Numbered from the stretch's first letter, positions 1 through 10,200 are shown. The stretch: 64,000 bases of DNA from Candidatus Eremiobacteria bacterium (GCA_963737065.1 CAVTRC010000001.1:992001-1056000); one strand, 5' to 3'. Translations and numbers: made by a program. Notes: generated from the sequence alone by a model not told the origin.

Positions 1-9
1 GGAGCAAAT

Positions 10-159
10 CTAGCTCGCGGCGCCGATTTTGAACATTTTGGTTCCGCACTCCGGGCACTTGCCTTCGGTTGCGGGACGGCCGTTCTTCATCGTGATTTGA
101 ACGGCGTCTTTGATTTGTCGCTTTGTCTTGCACTTGACGCAATAGGCTTCTGCTGCCAC
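10..159 (-). CDS. DUF5679-family small zinc-ribbon protein (49 aa)
   Basis: AYCVKCK...GRPATEGKCPECGTKMFKIG with two CxxC pairs; GTG at 159 preceded by GGGAGG. Confidence 0.8.
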   Translation of the reverse strand: MAAEAYCVKCKTKRQIKDAVQITMKNGRPATEGKCPECGTKMFKIGAAS

Positions 160-288
160 CTGAGGATCCTCCCGAAGAGCTGGGCTGTTGCGGCTGGCCG
201 TATTCGGGTACGCGGGCGTGCCTCCTTGGTGCGCGCGACGCAGGCCGTCCTGCTTGCTTTGCCTCAGCCGGCGCGTGAATGCACGAGC

Positions 289-1140
289 GTGGATGGCGCA
301 TGTTACGTCGAGCGCGAACGCTTCGAAGAGCTTCGCGGGGATCGCGGCTTTCCGTGGCAAGGAGCGGGCCTCTGGTCTCGCGGCTGCCTGGACGGCCTGC
401 GTCGTCCGTGCGTCGCGATCGTCGGCACCCGGGCACCCAGCGGCTACGGGCGTCGCCTGGCACGGACGTTCGCGCGCGAACTCGGCGCGGCGGCATGCTG
501 CATCATTTCGGGGCTTGCGCTCGGCATCGATGCCGCCGCGCATGAGGGCGCGCTCGACGCGGGCGCACCGACGATTGGGATCCTCGGCAGCGGCCATGCG
601 GCGTTCTTCCCCCGGCGCAATGAGGACGTCGCGCATCGCATGGTCGACGCGGGCGGAGCGGTGCTTTCACTGTGGCCGCCCGGCCATCGCGCGTTCCCAA
701 GCCAATTCCTCGAGCGTAACGCCGTCGTCGCGGCCCTCGCCGACGCCGTCGTCGTCATCGAGGCACCCGCGCGCAGCGGCGCGTTGAACACGGCCAACTG
801 GGCAGCCGGACACATTCCGGTCCTCGCGGTCCCGGGCGATGTCGATCGCAAGCACGTTGAGGGATGTCATGCACTCATACGCGACGGCGCGATCCTGGCT
901 CGCACGGCGGCTGACGTTCTTGAGGTGCTCAACGTCTCGTTTGCGCAATGTGCGCCCGCGCTGCCGCAGCACACCGGACTCGAGGGCGCAATCCTCACCG
1001 CACTGGCACAGGGAGAGTGCGGCCTCGACGAGCTCGCGGAGGCGAGTGACCGGACTGCCGCAGAGATTCTCGCCGCGCTTGCGATGCTCGAATTCGAAGG
1101 ACGCGTCGAGCGACGCGACGGCCGCTATGCGCTATGCTGA
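289..1140 (+). CDS. dprA: DNA-processing protein DprA
   Basis: VAIVGTR, IISGLALGIDAAAH, FLERN, VVIEAPARSGALNTA motifs and a C-terminal winged helix; start approximate (GTG 289). Confidence 0.9.
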   Translation: MDGACYVERERFEELRGDRGFPWQGAGLWSRGCLDGLRRPCVAIVGTRAPSGYGRRLARTFARELGAAACCIISGLALGIDAAAHEGALDAGAPTIGILGSGHAAFFPRRNEDVAHRMVDAGGAVLSLWPPGHRAFPSQFLERNAVVAALADAVVVIEAPARSGALNTANWAAGHIPVLAVPGDVDRKHVEGCHALIRDGAILARTAADVLEVLNVSFAQCAPALPQHTGLEGAILTALAQGECGLDELAEASDRTAAEILAALAMLEFEGRVERRDGRYALC

Positions 1141-1144
1141 GGCC

Positions 1145-1606
1145 ATGCAGCTTCGGCTTATTGCCGTGGACAAACTTCGCGTACCGTACGTCGCGGACGC
1201 GTGCGCGGAATTCCGTAAACGCTTGCGTCCGTATGCGGCGTACGAAGAAATCGAAGTACGCGCCGCGCCGGGCAGCAATCCGGGCGAGGCGATTCGCGAC
1301 GAGACCGAGCGCATTTTGCGGCTGCTCCGTCGCGACGAAACGGTCTGGCTCCTGGAACGCACCGGAAACGAACTCTCGAGCGACGTGCTCTCACGGAAGA
1401 TCGACATGTTAGCGCATGCCGGAACGTCGCGACTTACCTTGATCGTCGCCGGAACATACGGTGCCGGCGACGCGCTCGTCGAACGAGCAGACTTCAAATG
1501 GTCGCTCTCGCAACTGACGTTTCTTCACGAGTGGGCACGCATGATCGTGCTGGAACAGCTCTATCGCGCGGCGAAGATTTCGCGCAATGAACCCTATCAT
1601 CACTAG
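1145..1606 (+). CDS. rlmH: 23S rRNA pseudouridine-1915 N3-methyltransferase
   Basis: SLSQLTFLHEWARMIVLEQLYRA...NEPYHH C-terminal signature. Confidence 0.92.
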   Translation: MQLRLIAVDKLRVPYVADACAEFRKRLRPYAAYEEIEVRAAPGSNPGEAIRDETERILRLLRRDETVWLLERTGNELSSDVLSRKIDMLAHAGTSRLTLIVAGTYGAGDALVERADFKWSLSQLTFLHEWARMIVLEQLYRAAKISRNEPYHH

Positions 1607-1616
1607 GACCTCCGCC

Positions 1617-3281
1617 ATGCTGCCCGATGATGCGCTCAATGCGTTTGCCGCAGCGCTGAACGATGCGATCGTCGCGCGTTATCCGGAGGCAAACGCGGCA
1701 AAGGTGGGCTTCGAAGCGCCGCGCCGGCCCGAGTTCGGCGATTTCGCGACGAACGTCGCGTTTTCGCTGGCGAAGATTGCGCGCCGTTCTCCGAACGATG
1801 TCGCGTCGACGATCATTGCCGATCTGCGCGAAGCTGCGCCGAACGTTGCGGCGCTGTTCTCCAGTATCGAAGCCGTCGCCGGGTTCATCAATCTGCGCGT
1901 CGCGCCGGTAGTCTGGCAAACGCTGATTGCGACGATCTTGCGCGACGGTTCGTCGTACGGCAAACATCCGCCGAACGGGACAAAGATCTCGCTCGAATTC
2001 GGCAGCGCGAACCCGACGGGTCCACTCGTCGTCGTCCAAGGACGTACGCTATCGATCGGCGATACGCTCGTGCGCGCGTTCCGCTTCTGCGGCTACGACG
2101 TGTTCGTCGAGTGGATCATCAACGATGCCGGCAGCCAGATCGAAACGCTCGGCCGCTCGTTGCACGCGCGCTACATGCAACGCTTCGACGCAACGTATCA
2201 GTTGCCGGAGGAAGCCTACCCAGGCGACTATTTGATTCCGATCGCGCAAGCGATCGCGCAGCGTGACGGCGAGAAGTGGCGGTCTTCACCCGAAACGGAG
2301 TGGCTGCCGTACTTTGCAAGACTCGGCCGCGATGCGATTGTGGCGCAGCAACGGGCGACGGCCGAGCGTTTCGGCGTTCATTACGATCTTTGGCAAAGCG
2401 AAAAAGAGCTGCGCGAAAGCGGGCGCATGAGCGAAGATTTAGAGAAGCTGCGTGCCATGGGATTGATCTATGAGTCCGAAGGAGCACAATACTTTCGCAC
2501 GTCGGAATTCGGCGACGATAAAGATCGCGTGATCGTTCGAAGCGACGGGTCACCGACGTACTTTGCGCCCGACATTGCGTACCATTTCGAAAAACTCAAT
2601 CGCGCGGACCGCGTCATCGACATTTTGGGGCCCGACCATCACGGCTACATCGGACGCTTGAAAGCGGCCGCTGCGGCGATGGGCTTCGACGGCCATCTCG
2701 ACGTGCTGATTTCCCAACAAGTCACGCTGCTGCGCGGCGGCGAGCAGGTCAGCATGAGCAAACGCGCGGGCGATATCATCGAACTCGATGATATTCTCGA
2801 CGAAGTCGGGGTCGACGCTGCGCGATTCTTTTTTGCGATGCTTGCCGTCGACTCGCCGCTCACGTTCGACCTCGAGCTCGCCGTCGAACAGAGCAACGAG
2901 AACCCGGTGTACTACGTCCAATACGGACACGCGCGGATCGCGTCCGTGCTGAAGCATGCCGACCCGCAAGACGTTGAAGCGGCACGCGACCGCCGAACGT
3001 CGCTTGCTGCATTGCGAGAGCGGTCGGAGATCGCCCTCGCGCGGCGGTTGTGGGAGTTTCCGAACGTTGTGCGCGGCGTGGTCGAGCACGAAGCGCCGCA
3101 CCGGCTCGCGAAGTACGCGCGCGACGTTGCATCGGACTTCCATCAGTTTTACACGGAGTGCCGAATTTTGGTCGACGACCGGGACACCCGGCTGGCACGG
3201 CTCGCACTCTGTATCGCAGCCAAAACGGTCCTTGCGGAAGTTTTGGATCTGATCGGCGTCTCCGCGCCGGAAAGCATGTAG
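1617..3281 (+). CDS. argS: Arginine--tRNA ligase
   Basis: FGDFATN, EFGSANPTGPL, GPDHHGY, MSKRAG, YYVQYGHARI; ends APESM. Confidence 0.96.
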   Translation: MLPDDALNAFAAALNDAIVARYPEANAAKVGFEAPRRPEFGDFATNVAFSLAKIARRSPNDVASTIIADLREAAPNVAALFSSIEAVAGFINLRVAPVVWQTLIATILRDGSSYGKHPPNGTKISLEFGSANPTGPLVVVQGRTLSIGDTLVRAFRFCGYDVFVEWIINDAGSQIETLGRSLHARYMQRFDATYQLPEEAYPGDYLIPIAQAIAQRDGEKWRSSPETEWLPYFARLGRDAIVAQQRATAERFGVHYDLWQSEKELRESGRMSEDLEKLRAMGLIYESEGAQYFRTSEFGDDKDRVIVRSDGSPTYFAPDIAYHFEKLNRADRVIDILGPDHHGYIGRLKAAAAAMGFDGHLDVLISQQVTLLRGGEQVSMSKRAGDIIELDDILDEVGVDAARFFFAMLAVDSPLTFDLELAVEQSNENPVYYVQYGHARIASVLKHADPQDVEAARDRRTSLAALRERSEIALARRLWEFPNVVRGVVEHEAPHRLAKYARDVASDFHQFYTECRILVDDRDTRLARLALCIAAKTVLAEVLDLIGVSAPESM

Positions 3282-3283
3282 AA

Positions 3284-4027
3284 ATGGGCGAGTACAAGAA
3301 GCAGCTTCGCGAGCTGCAGATCCGGCTCGTGGATTTCGAACGCCGCGTCATCACGCACGGCTGGAAGGTGCTGCTGATCTTCGAAGGGCGCGACGGCAGC
3401 GGGAAAGACGGCACGATCAAACGCGTTACCGAACACTTGAGTCCGCGCGAAACGCGCATCGTCGCGCTCGGCAAGCCGACTGAACGCGAGACGACGCAGT
3501 GGTACTTCGAACGGTGGACGCCCCATCTTCCCGCCGCGCAAGAAGTCGTGTGTTTCAACCGCAGCTGGTACAATCGCGCGGGCGTCGAGCACGTCATGGG
3601 CTTTTGCACCGGCGATGAGTACGAAGCGTTCATGGAGACCGTCCCAACGTTCGAAACGATGCTCATTCGCTCGGGCATCTCGTTGATCAAATACTACTTG
3701 GACATCAGCAAAGACGAGCAGAAAAAACGTCTCGAAGACCGTAAGACCGATCCGCTCAAACAGTGGAAGATCAGCCCGATCGACGAAACGGCGCTCAAGC
3801 ACTGGGATGCATATACCGAAGCGCGCGACGCAATGCTCCAACGCACGTCGTTTCACGACTCGCCGTGGGTCGTCGTCAGATCGAACGACAAGAAAGCCGC
3901 GCGTTGCAACGTGATTCGCGACATTTTGACGCGCATCGACCCCGATCACGCAGGCGAACACCCCGATCCATCGGTCGTCTTTCAATTCGAACCATCGGCG
4001 CTGCACGATGGCCGCCTCTCACGCTAG
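3284..4027 (+). CDS. ppk2: Polyphosphate kinase 2
   Basis: FEGRDGSGKDGTIKR, FNRSWYNRAGVEHVMGFC, DPLKQWKISP. Confidence 0.93.
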   Translation: MGEYKKQLRELQIRLVDFERRVITHGWKVLLIFEGRDGSGKDGTIKRVTEHLSPRETRIVALGKPTERETTQWYFERWTPHLPAAQEVVCFNRSWYNRAGVEHVMGFCTGDEYEAFMETVPTFETMLIRSGISLIKYYLDISKDEQKKRLEDRKTDPLKQWKISPIDETALKHWDAYTEARDAMLQRTSFHDSPWVVVRSNDKKAARCNVIRDILTRIDPDHAGEHPDPSVVFQFEPSALHDGRLSR

Positions 4028-4030
4028 CCG

Positions 4031-4546
4031 TTACGAAAGTACGGCGTCATTCCAAAATCGCAGCGTATCCGACGAAACACTTCGCCGTCCTGCGAGGCGT
4101 TCCGTATCGGCGATCTGTACGAGGCAGCCGTGCAGCGCACGCGCATCCGCATCAAGACCCAGGAGGCGCAGGCTCTTGAGGATGCGCGTCAGCCGCAGAT
4201 GATTGTGATTTCCCGCGGTGAGCCATTGGCGGTGCGACTCAAAGTCTCTCGCCCGGACGATCGCGTCATCAGAACGTTGCAAGCCGTAAAATGCAAGCAT
4301 TCGCTCCAGCGAACGCCGTAATGCCGCGCGCAGCGACGCATCGTTGCGGAATGCCTCGATCGTTACGTCGTTTGCGGGCGGCGCTTCCGGATTCACGCCG
4401 ATCGTGGTGATCGGAAAGAGCCACTGGATGTAATCGTGCGTCTCTTCCAGCTGTGCGTCGTCCCACGCAAGAATATCGTCGAGATACCGGCCGCGATTAT
4501 CCGGCGCGACCGCTCGATAGAACCGCACGAGCGGATCGCCGTTCAT
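4031..4546 (-). CDS. Opioid growth factor receptor (OGFr)-like domain protein
   Basis: LEETHDYIQWLFP, NPEAP, LAFYG, HNHLRLTRILKSL; ATG 4546 overlaps the upstream stop. Confidence 0.8.
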   Translation of the reverse strand: MNGDPLVRFYRAVAPDNRGRYLDDILAWDDAQLEETHDYIQWLFPITTIGVNPEAPPANDVTIEAFRNDASLRAALRRSLERMLAFYGLQRSDDAIVRARDFESHRQWLTAGNHNHLRLTRILKSLRLLGLDADARALHGCLVQIADTERLAGRRSVSSDTLRFWNDAVLS

Positions 4547-5619
4547 CCTTGATCCAGCTGCGAATGCAGCCACGGTGCGACGAAGTACCGCCACAGAATC
4601 TTGATCAGCGCGGCGGCCGGAATGCCGAGTAACAGTCCGGGAACCCCGAACAGTTCGCCGCCGGCGAAAACGGCAAACATCACGCCGATCGGTGATACGC
4701 CGACGGATTGGCCCATGATCTTCGGCACGAGGATGTTGTCGCTGATGCGCGCCATACCGAACATAATGACCTGCACCCACAGAATCATCCATCCGCCCTG
4801 CGGCGCGCACAAGACGACCGCGATCAATTGTGCGATCAGCATGCCGATTACCGGAATCGCGTAAGCGATCCCGCTGATGATTCCGATGATGAGCGAGAAC
4901 TTGAAACCGATCGCTGCCGTCGCGATCCAAATAACGATGCCGGTAATTGCGCTCACGATAACTTGACCGGAGATGTAGCTCCCGAACGTCTCGGTGATCT
5001 CCGTCGCGAGTTTACGCGCCGTCTCGCGTCGCGCGATGGGGAACATCGCGGCAAACCCCTCGGCGATCTGCGAACCGTTCAGCAAGAAGAAAAACGAAAG
5101 CACGATCGCGGAGAATGCGACGAAGAAAGCGACCGCGGTTCCGGCGACGATTGCAACAAACGAATTGAGCGTGCCTTGCGCGAGCGTTGCGAGAGAGTTG
5201 GTACTGAGCGCGCCTGCATTAAAGGCATTCGCCGGCGCTCGAAAACCCGGAATGTGATGCTGCAACCATAACTGCGCTTGCGAAAGCCAACCTTGCACGG
5301 TCGAGATGTATGCCGGCGTATTCTGAGCGAGGACGGTCAGCTGCGCGACCGTGAGTGGAACGATCACCGCCAGTCCCACCACGATGAGGAGCAGCAGCAC
5401 CGTAAACACGATCGCAATAGCGAGCGGCTTCGGCACGTTGCGCCGTTCCAGCTTCAAGCAGATCGGCTGAACGCCGAACGCGATGAATGCTGCGATCAAA
5501 AAGATCGAAAGCGTCCGCGGAATGTGTTCGGCGAAAATAAAGGCGAGGATAACGACGATCGCGACGGCGGTCGCGATCATGATCCGCCGCCATGCCCGCG
5601 GACTTACAACATTTTGCAC
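4543..5619 (-). CDS. AI-2E (PerM) family transporter
   Basis: Multi-TM protein with YISGQ, IPVIG, DNILVPKIMGQSVGVSP, GELFGVPGLLLGIP; start uncertain. Confidence 0.88.
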   Translation of the reverse strand: MQNVVSPRAWRRIMIATAVAIVVILAFIFAEHIPRTLSIFLIAAFIAFGVQPICLKLERRNVPKPLAIAIVFTVLLLLIVVGLAVIVPLTVAQLTVLAQNTPAYISTVQGWLSQAQLWLQHHIPGFRAPANAFNAGALSTNSLATLAQGTLNSFVAIVAGTAVAFFVAFSAIVLSFFFLLNGSQIAEGFAAMFPIARRETARKLATEITETFGSYISGQVIVSAITGIVIWIATAAIGFKFSLIIGIISGIAYAIPVIGMLIAQLIAVVLCAPQGGWMILWVQVIMFGMARISDNILVPKIMGQSVGVSPIGVMFAVFAGGELFGVPGLLLGIPAAALIKILWRYFVAPWLHSQLDQG

Positions 5620-6065
5620 AGCAGACGCCGCTCCGTGAGGTAGCCCGCACGTTCGTACAGTGCGCGCGCGGCTGCATTTTCTTCCGTCACCATCAGCGCC
5701 ATATACGGGAGGCCGCGCTTGCGCGCTTCATCTTCCGCCGCAGCGAGCAGCGCGGCGCCGATACCGCCGCCGCGCCGGCCCCGCTCGACCGCCATGTACG
5801 CGATGAAGCCTTGCTCTTGACCGGTGACTTCATCGGGAAGCGAATCGAGCATCAGAAGAAAGCCAACAGGTTCGCCCGCGTCGTCGGCAATGAGCGCCGC
5901 GTGCTCGCGACTCTGTACGATTCGGACCAGCCGGTCGAAATTCTGAATGACGTCGACTGGATTGGGACGCCGCATCGCTGCAACGCTATCCATCACCGTC
6001 CGTTTTCCAAGACCCTCGATGAACGCGACGTCGTCCACCGTCGCTGAGCGAATCGAGAGCTGCAT
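5604..6065 (-). CDS. GNAT family N-acetyltransferase
   Basis: AV..RRGGGIGAALL and NAAARALYERAGY motifs. Confidence 0.85.
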   Translation of the reverse strand: MQLSIRSATVDDVAFIEGLGKRTVMDSVAAMRRPNPVDVIQNFDRLVRIVQSREHAALIADDAGEPVGFLLMLDSLPDEVTGQEQGFIAYMAVERGRRGGGIGAALLAAAEDEARKRGLPYMALMVTEENAAARALYERAGYLTERRLLCKML

Positions 6066-6070
6066 CGGCG

Positions 6071-6658
6071 CTACGAGCCTCGCGAAGCTCGGCGCGAGCC
6101 CGGGTCGGTGAGCGGTTCGCCCGCTGTGCATTGCGGGCATTGCTCCGGATCGAACGAATCGATCGGAAGCTTCAGCAACGCGTGCGTCGGGACGCCGAAA
6201 TCTGCTTCACCGCGTTCAACGATCAGGCCGACACCGATGACGTGCGCGCCGTACGATCGAACGACGTCCATGACTTCGCGCACCGACATGCCGGTCGTCA
6301 CGACGTCTTCGACGACGAGTACACGATCGGCCGGCGCAAGTTGAAAACTGCGGCGAAGTTTCGCAACGCCGCCGTCTTTTTCTACGAAGATTCCGTTCGT
6401 GCGCAATTGACGCGCAACTTCATAGCCGAGCACGATGCCGCCGACCGCTGCACTGACGACTACGGTTGGATGCGCGTCGCGGAATGCATCCGCAATCCGG
6501 CGCGCGACGTGCTCGACGAGCGGCGGGCTCTCGAGGATTCGAAATTTCTGGATGAACTTGTTGCTGTGGCGGCCGGAACTCAACCGAAAATGACCTTCCA
6601 GCAACGCACCGCGTTCGTGAAGCGCCGAATTGAGGTCGAAATCAGACGTGATCGGCAT
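6071..6658 (-). CDS. pyrE: Orotate phosphoribosyltransferase
   Basis: GHFRLSSGRHS, PRPP-binding VLVVEDVVTTG; in the pyr cluster. Confidence 0.93.
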   Translation of the reverse strand: MPITSDFDLNSALHERGALLEGHFRLSSGRHSNKFIQKFRILESPPLVEHVARRIADAFRDAHPTVVVSAAVGGIVLGYEVARQLRTNGIFVEKDGGVAKLRRSFQLAPADRVLVVEDVVTTGMSVREVMDVVRSYGAHVIGVGLIVERGEADFGVPTHALLKLPIDSFDPEQCPQCTAGEPLTDPGSRRASRGS

Positions 6659-7361
6659 GCGCGTGCATCTCGTCAAGGATCGCGCGCGCGGCTTCAAGCG
6701 GCGCGGGCGCTTGCGTGATGGGGCGTCCCACAACGAGGTAATCCGCGCCCGCTTCGACCGCCATCGCGGGCGTCATCACGCGCTTTTGGTCGCCGTGCGC
6801 GGCGCCGCTCGGACGAATTCCCGGCGTAAGCGTGAGGAAATCGTCGCCGAAGAAGCTCTTCAAATCGCGCGCTTCGTGCGCGCTGCAAACGACGCCGTCG
6901 CATCCCGAGTCACGCGCGAGCGCGGAAAGTCTCGTAACGTTCTGGCCCGGCCCGCCCTGCAGGCCGAGTTCGCCGAGCTCGACCGCGGCGTGGCTCGTGA
7001 GAATCGTCACGGCGAAGATATGCGGAACCGGCAAACCAAGCTCGCTCGCGCGCTCGTCCGCTGCTTCCACGGCGGCGCGCATCATGTCGATTCCGCCCAG
7101 CGCATGAACGTCGACGATGTGCGCGCCGGGACGGACGAGGCCTTTGATGGCGGCGGCGACGGTGCGGGGAATGTCGTGCAGCTTGGCGTCGGCAAAGTAA
7201 CGCACGTCGCGCGCTTCGCAGTAGGAGAATATGCGCTCGGGATATCCGTAGAGCGACTCCATGCCGATTTTGAAGATGACGTCGAGTTCGTAGAGCTCAT
7301 CGATCAACCGTTCGGCTTCGTCGGCATCCGGAACGTCCAATGCAACGATTAGTTGAGCCAT
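6642..7361 (-). CDS. pyrF: Orotidine-5'-phosphate decarboxylase
   Basis: LIVALD, DAKLHDIPRTV, TPGIRP, DQKRVMTP, VVGRPIT. Confidence 0.95.
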   Translation of the reverse strand: MAQLIVALDVPDADEAERLIDELYELDVIFKIGMESLYGYPERIFSYCEARDVRYFADAKLHDIPRTVAAAIKGLVRPGAHIVDVHALGGIDMMRAAVEAADERASELGLPVPHIFAVTILTSHAAVELGELGLQGGPGQNVTRLSALARDSGCDGVVCSAHEARDLKSFFGDDFLTLTPGIRPSGAAHGDQKRVMTPAMAVEAGADYLVVGRPITQAPAPLEAARAILDEMHAHADHV

Positions 7362-7380
7362 GGAAGCCTTTCTGCTCCAG

Positions 7381-8346
7381 CTAACCTTCGTCTCCTTCGT
7401 ATTGGTACGCATTCGCGAAGCCGACGTTTGCTTTGCCGACGATCTGCTGCAAGCTGCGCAGTCCGCGCTTCGCGAGATACGCGCGCAGTTCGTCGACGAT
7501 ACGAAGCGGCACGCGCGGGTCGGTGAAATTCGCCGTCCCAATCGAGATTGCGGTCGCACCCGCGAGGAAAAACTCGAGCGCATCGCTCGTCGTTTCGATT
7601 CCGCCCTGGCCGATAATCGGAATCGTCACGGCGCGCGCCACTTCATACACTGCAAGAACCGCGATCGGGCGAATCGCCGGACCGGACAAACCGCCGGTCA
7701 CATTCCCGAGACGCGGACGCCACGCGTCGACGTCGATCGCCATGCCGCGTACCGTATTGATCACCGCGAGCGCATCCGCGCCGGCGCGTTCCGCTTCACG
7801 CGCGATCGACGCGATGTCGGTGACGTTCGGCGAAAGCTTGACGATCAGCACCTTATCGGTCGTGGCGCGCGCCGCGCGGACGACCTTCGCGGTGAGTTTC
7901 GGATCGCACGCGAAGGTCTCGCCCTCGCTTGCCACGTTGGGGCACGAGATGTTCAATTCGATTGCTTTGATCTCGCTGCGCGCAGCGAGCTTCTCGCACG
8001 TATACGCGTAGTCATCGACCGAAAAACCGGCCACGCTGCCGATGATCGCGCACGGACGTTGCGCGAACTTCGCAACGTCGCGTTCCAGATACCACTCGAT
8101 CCCCGGATTCTGTAGCCCGATCGCGTTCAGCATCCCCGCAGGCGTATGAACCAGACGAGGCGTCGGGTTACCGAGACGCGGCCGTCGCGTCACGCTCTTC
8201 AAAACCACGGCACCGATTTGCGAAAGATCGACGAACGGTACAAACTCTTCACCGGAACCGTAACATCCGCTTCCCATCAACGTGGGATACGCCAGTTCAA
8301 GCTTTCCGAGCGCAACGGAAACATCGATCGCGTGCGTCGTGATCAT
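7381..8346 (-). CDS. pyrD: Dihydroorotate dehydrogenase (family 1B) catalytic subunit
   Basis: GMLNAIGLQNPG, ELNISCPNV, VKLSPNVTDI, GGLSGPAIRP. Confidence 0.95.
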   Translation of the reverse strand: MITTHAIDVSVALGKLELAYPTLMGSGCYGSGEEFVPFVDLSQIGAVVLKSVTRRPRLGNPTPRLVHTPAGMLNAIGLQNPGIEWYLERDVAKFAQRPCAIIGSVAGFSVDDYAYTCEKLAARSEIKAIELNISCPNVASEGETFACDPKLTAKVVRAARATTDKVLIVKLSPNVTDIASIAREAERAGADALAVINTVRGMAIDVDAWRPRLGNVTGGLSGPAIRPIAVLAVYEVARAVTIPIIGQGGIETTSDALEFFLAGATAISIGTANFTDPRVPLRIVDELRAYLAKRGLRSLQQIVGKANVGFANAYQYEGDEG

Positions 8347-8350
8347 TGCT

Positions 8351-9175
8351 TCACCATCTCAACTCGTGTGCCCAAAAGACCGGGCCTTCTTTACACACGC
8401 GCGCATAAACGACGTCACTGCCGTTGCGCTCCGCGGGCGGAAAACTCGGCGCTTGGGCCGACGTGTTCACGATGGGCACGACACATCCCCAGCACCCGCC
8501 GACGCCACATGCGAATGTTTCTTCCAATGACAACTGCGCCGCAACGTTCATGTCGCTTGCAACGCTTGCAACGGCGCGCAACATCGGCGTCGGCCCGCAC
8601 GCCAGAACGACGTCCGGCGGACGGCGTGTTTGCGCGAGCAACGCGGTGACGTAACCGTTGTATCCCATGCTGCCGTCATCGGTTGCGAGCGACACTTCGC
8701 AGCCTTCTTGCGCGAAGCGATCGCGCTCGGCGAGCAATTCAGCGGTGCGCGCACCGTAGTACAATCGGACGCGCGCTCCGGCCCGAAGATACGCTTGCGC
8801 GGGCAGCAACACTGACGCGATGCCGACGCCGCCGGCTACGATTCCAACGTCGCGCTCGCTTCCGATCGTAAAACCGTTGCCGAGCGGGCCCACGACGGTG
8901 ATGCCGTCGCCTTCAGAAATTCTTGATAATTCCTGAGTACGTTTGCCAACGACGAAAAACAAAATGCTCGCCCGACGCCCGTCCGCTTCGTAGACAGCAA
9001 GTGCGGTTGCCGCGCTTTCGCCGCTCGGCGGAACGACCATAACAAACGACCCGGGACGGGTCACAGCAACGAGATCCGGCGCGTCAAATCCAAATAAGAC
9101 GACGCCGGGCGCAACCTCTCGTCGATCCGTCACTACCGCGTTATGGACGGTAGCGAGCGGCGAAACGATGGGCAT
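8351..9175 (-). CDS. pyrK: Dihydroorotate dehydrogenase electron-transfer subunit
   Basis: GPLGNGF, AGGVGIA, CGPTPML, CGVGGCWGC...VCKEGPVF 2Fe-2S motif. Confidence 0.9.
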   Translation of the reverse strand: MPIVSPLATVHNAVVTDRREVAPGVVLFGFDAPDLVAVTRPGSFVMVVPPSGESAATALAVYEADGRRASILFFVVGKRTQELSRISEGDGITVVGPLGNGFTIGSERDVGIVAGGVGIASVLLPAQAYLRAGARVRLYYGARTAELLAERDRFAQEGCEVSLATDDGSMGYNGYVTALLAQTRRPPDVVLACGPTPMLRAVASVASDMNVAAQLSLEETFACGVGGCWGCVVPIVNTSAQAPSFPPAERNGSDVVYARVCKEGPVFWAHELRW

Positions 9176-9293
9176 AATAGTGAAGACGTTCTCCAAATTT
9201 TTAACAAAGTCCGGGGAATAGCACTGAACCTTCGCGCGACAAAAGCCGTTATACTTACTAGACAATCAAAAACGGGAAAGGAGGGTCCGCAGA

Positions 9294-9434
9294 ATGGCAG
9301 GTCTGATGGTATTCAAAACGTTAGCCGACGCACTGCGCGCCGGGTATCAAGTCTACGACCGAACTGCGGACGGCTATCTCGTGCGAACGAGAACTGCAGC
9401 GGGCTGGGCGATCGCACTCGTCAACTGCAGGTAA
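9294..9434 (+). CDS. Small hypothetical protein (46 aa, MAGLMVFKTLADALRAGYQVYDRTADGYLVRTRTAAGWAIALVNCR)
   Basis: Strong SD AAGGAGG, upstream TATACT at 9250-9255, protein-like sequence, downstream terminator; absent from the ORF track. Confidence 0.7.
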   Translation: MAGLMVFKTLADALRAGYQVYDRTADGYLVRTRTAAGWAIALVNCR

Positions 9435-9504
9435 CCTCTTTCCCCGCGACGTCACACGCGACGAGCTAACCTCCGAGAAGCATCCAAACCTCTAGCAGCA
9501 GCAG

Positions 9505-9532
9505 AAAAGCCGGTTCCAACGAACCGGCTTTT
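9505..9532. terminator. Bidirectional intrinsic terminator
   Basis: AAAAGCCGGTTC-CAAC-GAACCGGCTTTT perfect hairpin between convergent genes. Confidence 0.85.
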
Positions 9533-9570
9533 GTGTTTCTTCTCGTGCTTGAAAAGTCGCAATAGATGCG

Positions 9571-10200
9571 CTAGCGTGCGTCGGGCGGTTGCGCCGGTTT
9601 CTCGATCTCCGGCGTGGGCCCTGGACGCCAGCCGCCGTACGAGGCGGACGATGGCGGCGGCGAATTCGGCGGAACGTCTGCTGCAGGCGGCGGTTGCGCC
9701 GTGAACGGAGACTGCGACGTGGGTCCCGGTGCGCCCATTTGCATCCCGGGAAAACGCGCGCCGTTCAGCAGAGCATTGATAATCTGCGCGATTCCGACAA
9801 ACATCGGAATGAGTCCGCCGAGCAGCCACGGGCCAAAATCCATGCGCCCGTCACCGCGATAGCCGATGAACGAAAGACCGATGAGAAGTGCAAAGCCGAC
9901 CATGGTCACCATGATGCCTTTGCGCATCTGGCTCTGCGCGTAAAAGCGATCGTCATAGTAAGCGCCGGGCGGCGTCGGAACCGGCCCGCGTCCGGGTCCG
10001 GGCGGCGGCGGAATCGGGCCGGTTTGCCAGCCGCGCCGGTTCATGTCGCGATAGAGACGCGAATCCGGCGGCGGCATCATGCCGCGTCGAATCATCTCGA
10101 TCCGCTCCTGATGCGCCAACACGCGCGAAACGATCCACGCGGCGACGGGTGCACCGAAGAGAAACACGATCCCAAAGAGTGGGACCAGTTGATCTGCCAT
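9571..10200 (-). CDS. DUF6249-like membrane protein with Pro-rich linkers
   Basis: TM-HQERIEMIRRG-Pro linker-RKGI..TM..GLIPMFVGIA architecture. Confidence 0.65.
   Translation of the reverse strand: MADQLVPLFGIVFLFGAPVAAWIVSRVLAHQERIEMIRRGMMPPPDSRLYRDMNRRGWQTGPIPPPPGPGRGPVPTPPGAYYDDRFYAQSQMRKGIMVTMVGFALLIGLSFIGYRGDGRMDFGPWLLGGLIPMFVGIAQIINALLNGARFPGMQMGAPGPTSQSPFTAQPPPAADVPPNSPPPSSASYGGWRPGPTPEIEKPAQPPDAR

Noticed and set aside
9176..9290. PyrR attenuator upstream of the pyr operon
   Set aside because: No AGUCCAGAGAGGCU-like loop or terminator, and no pyrR in the window.
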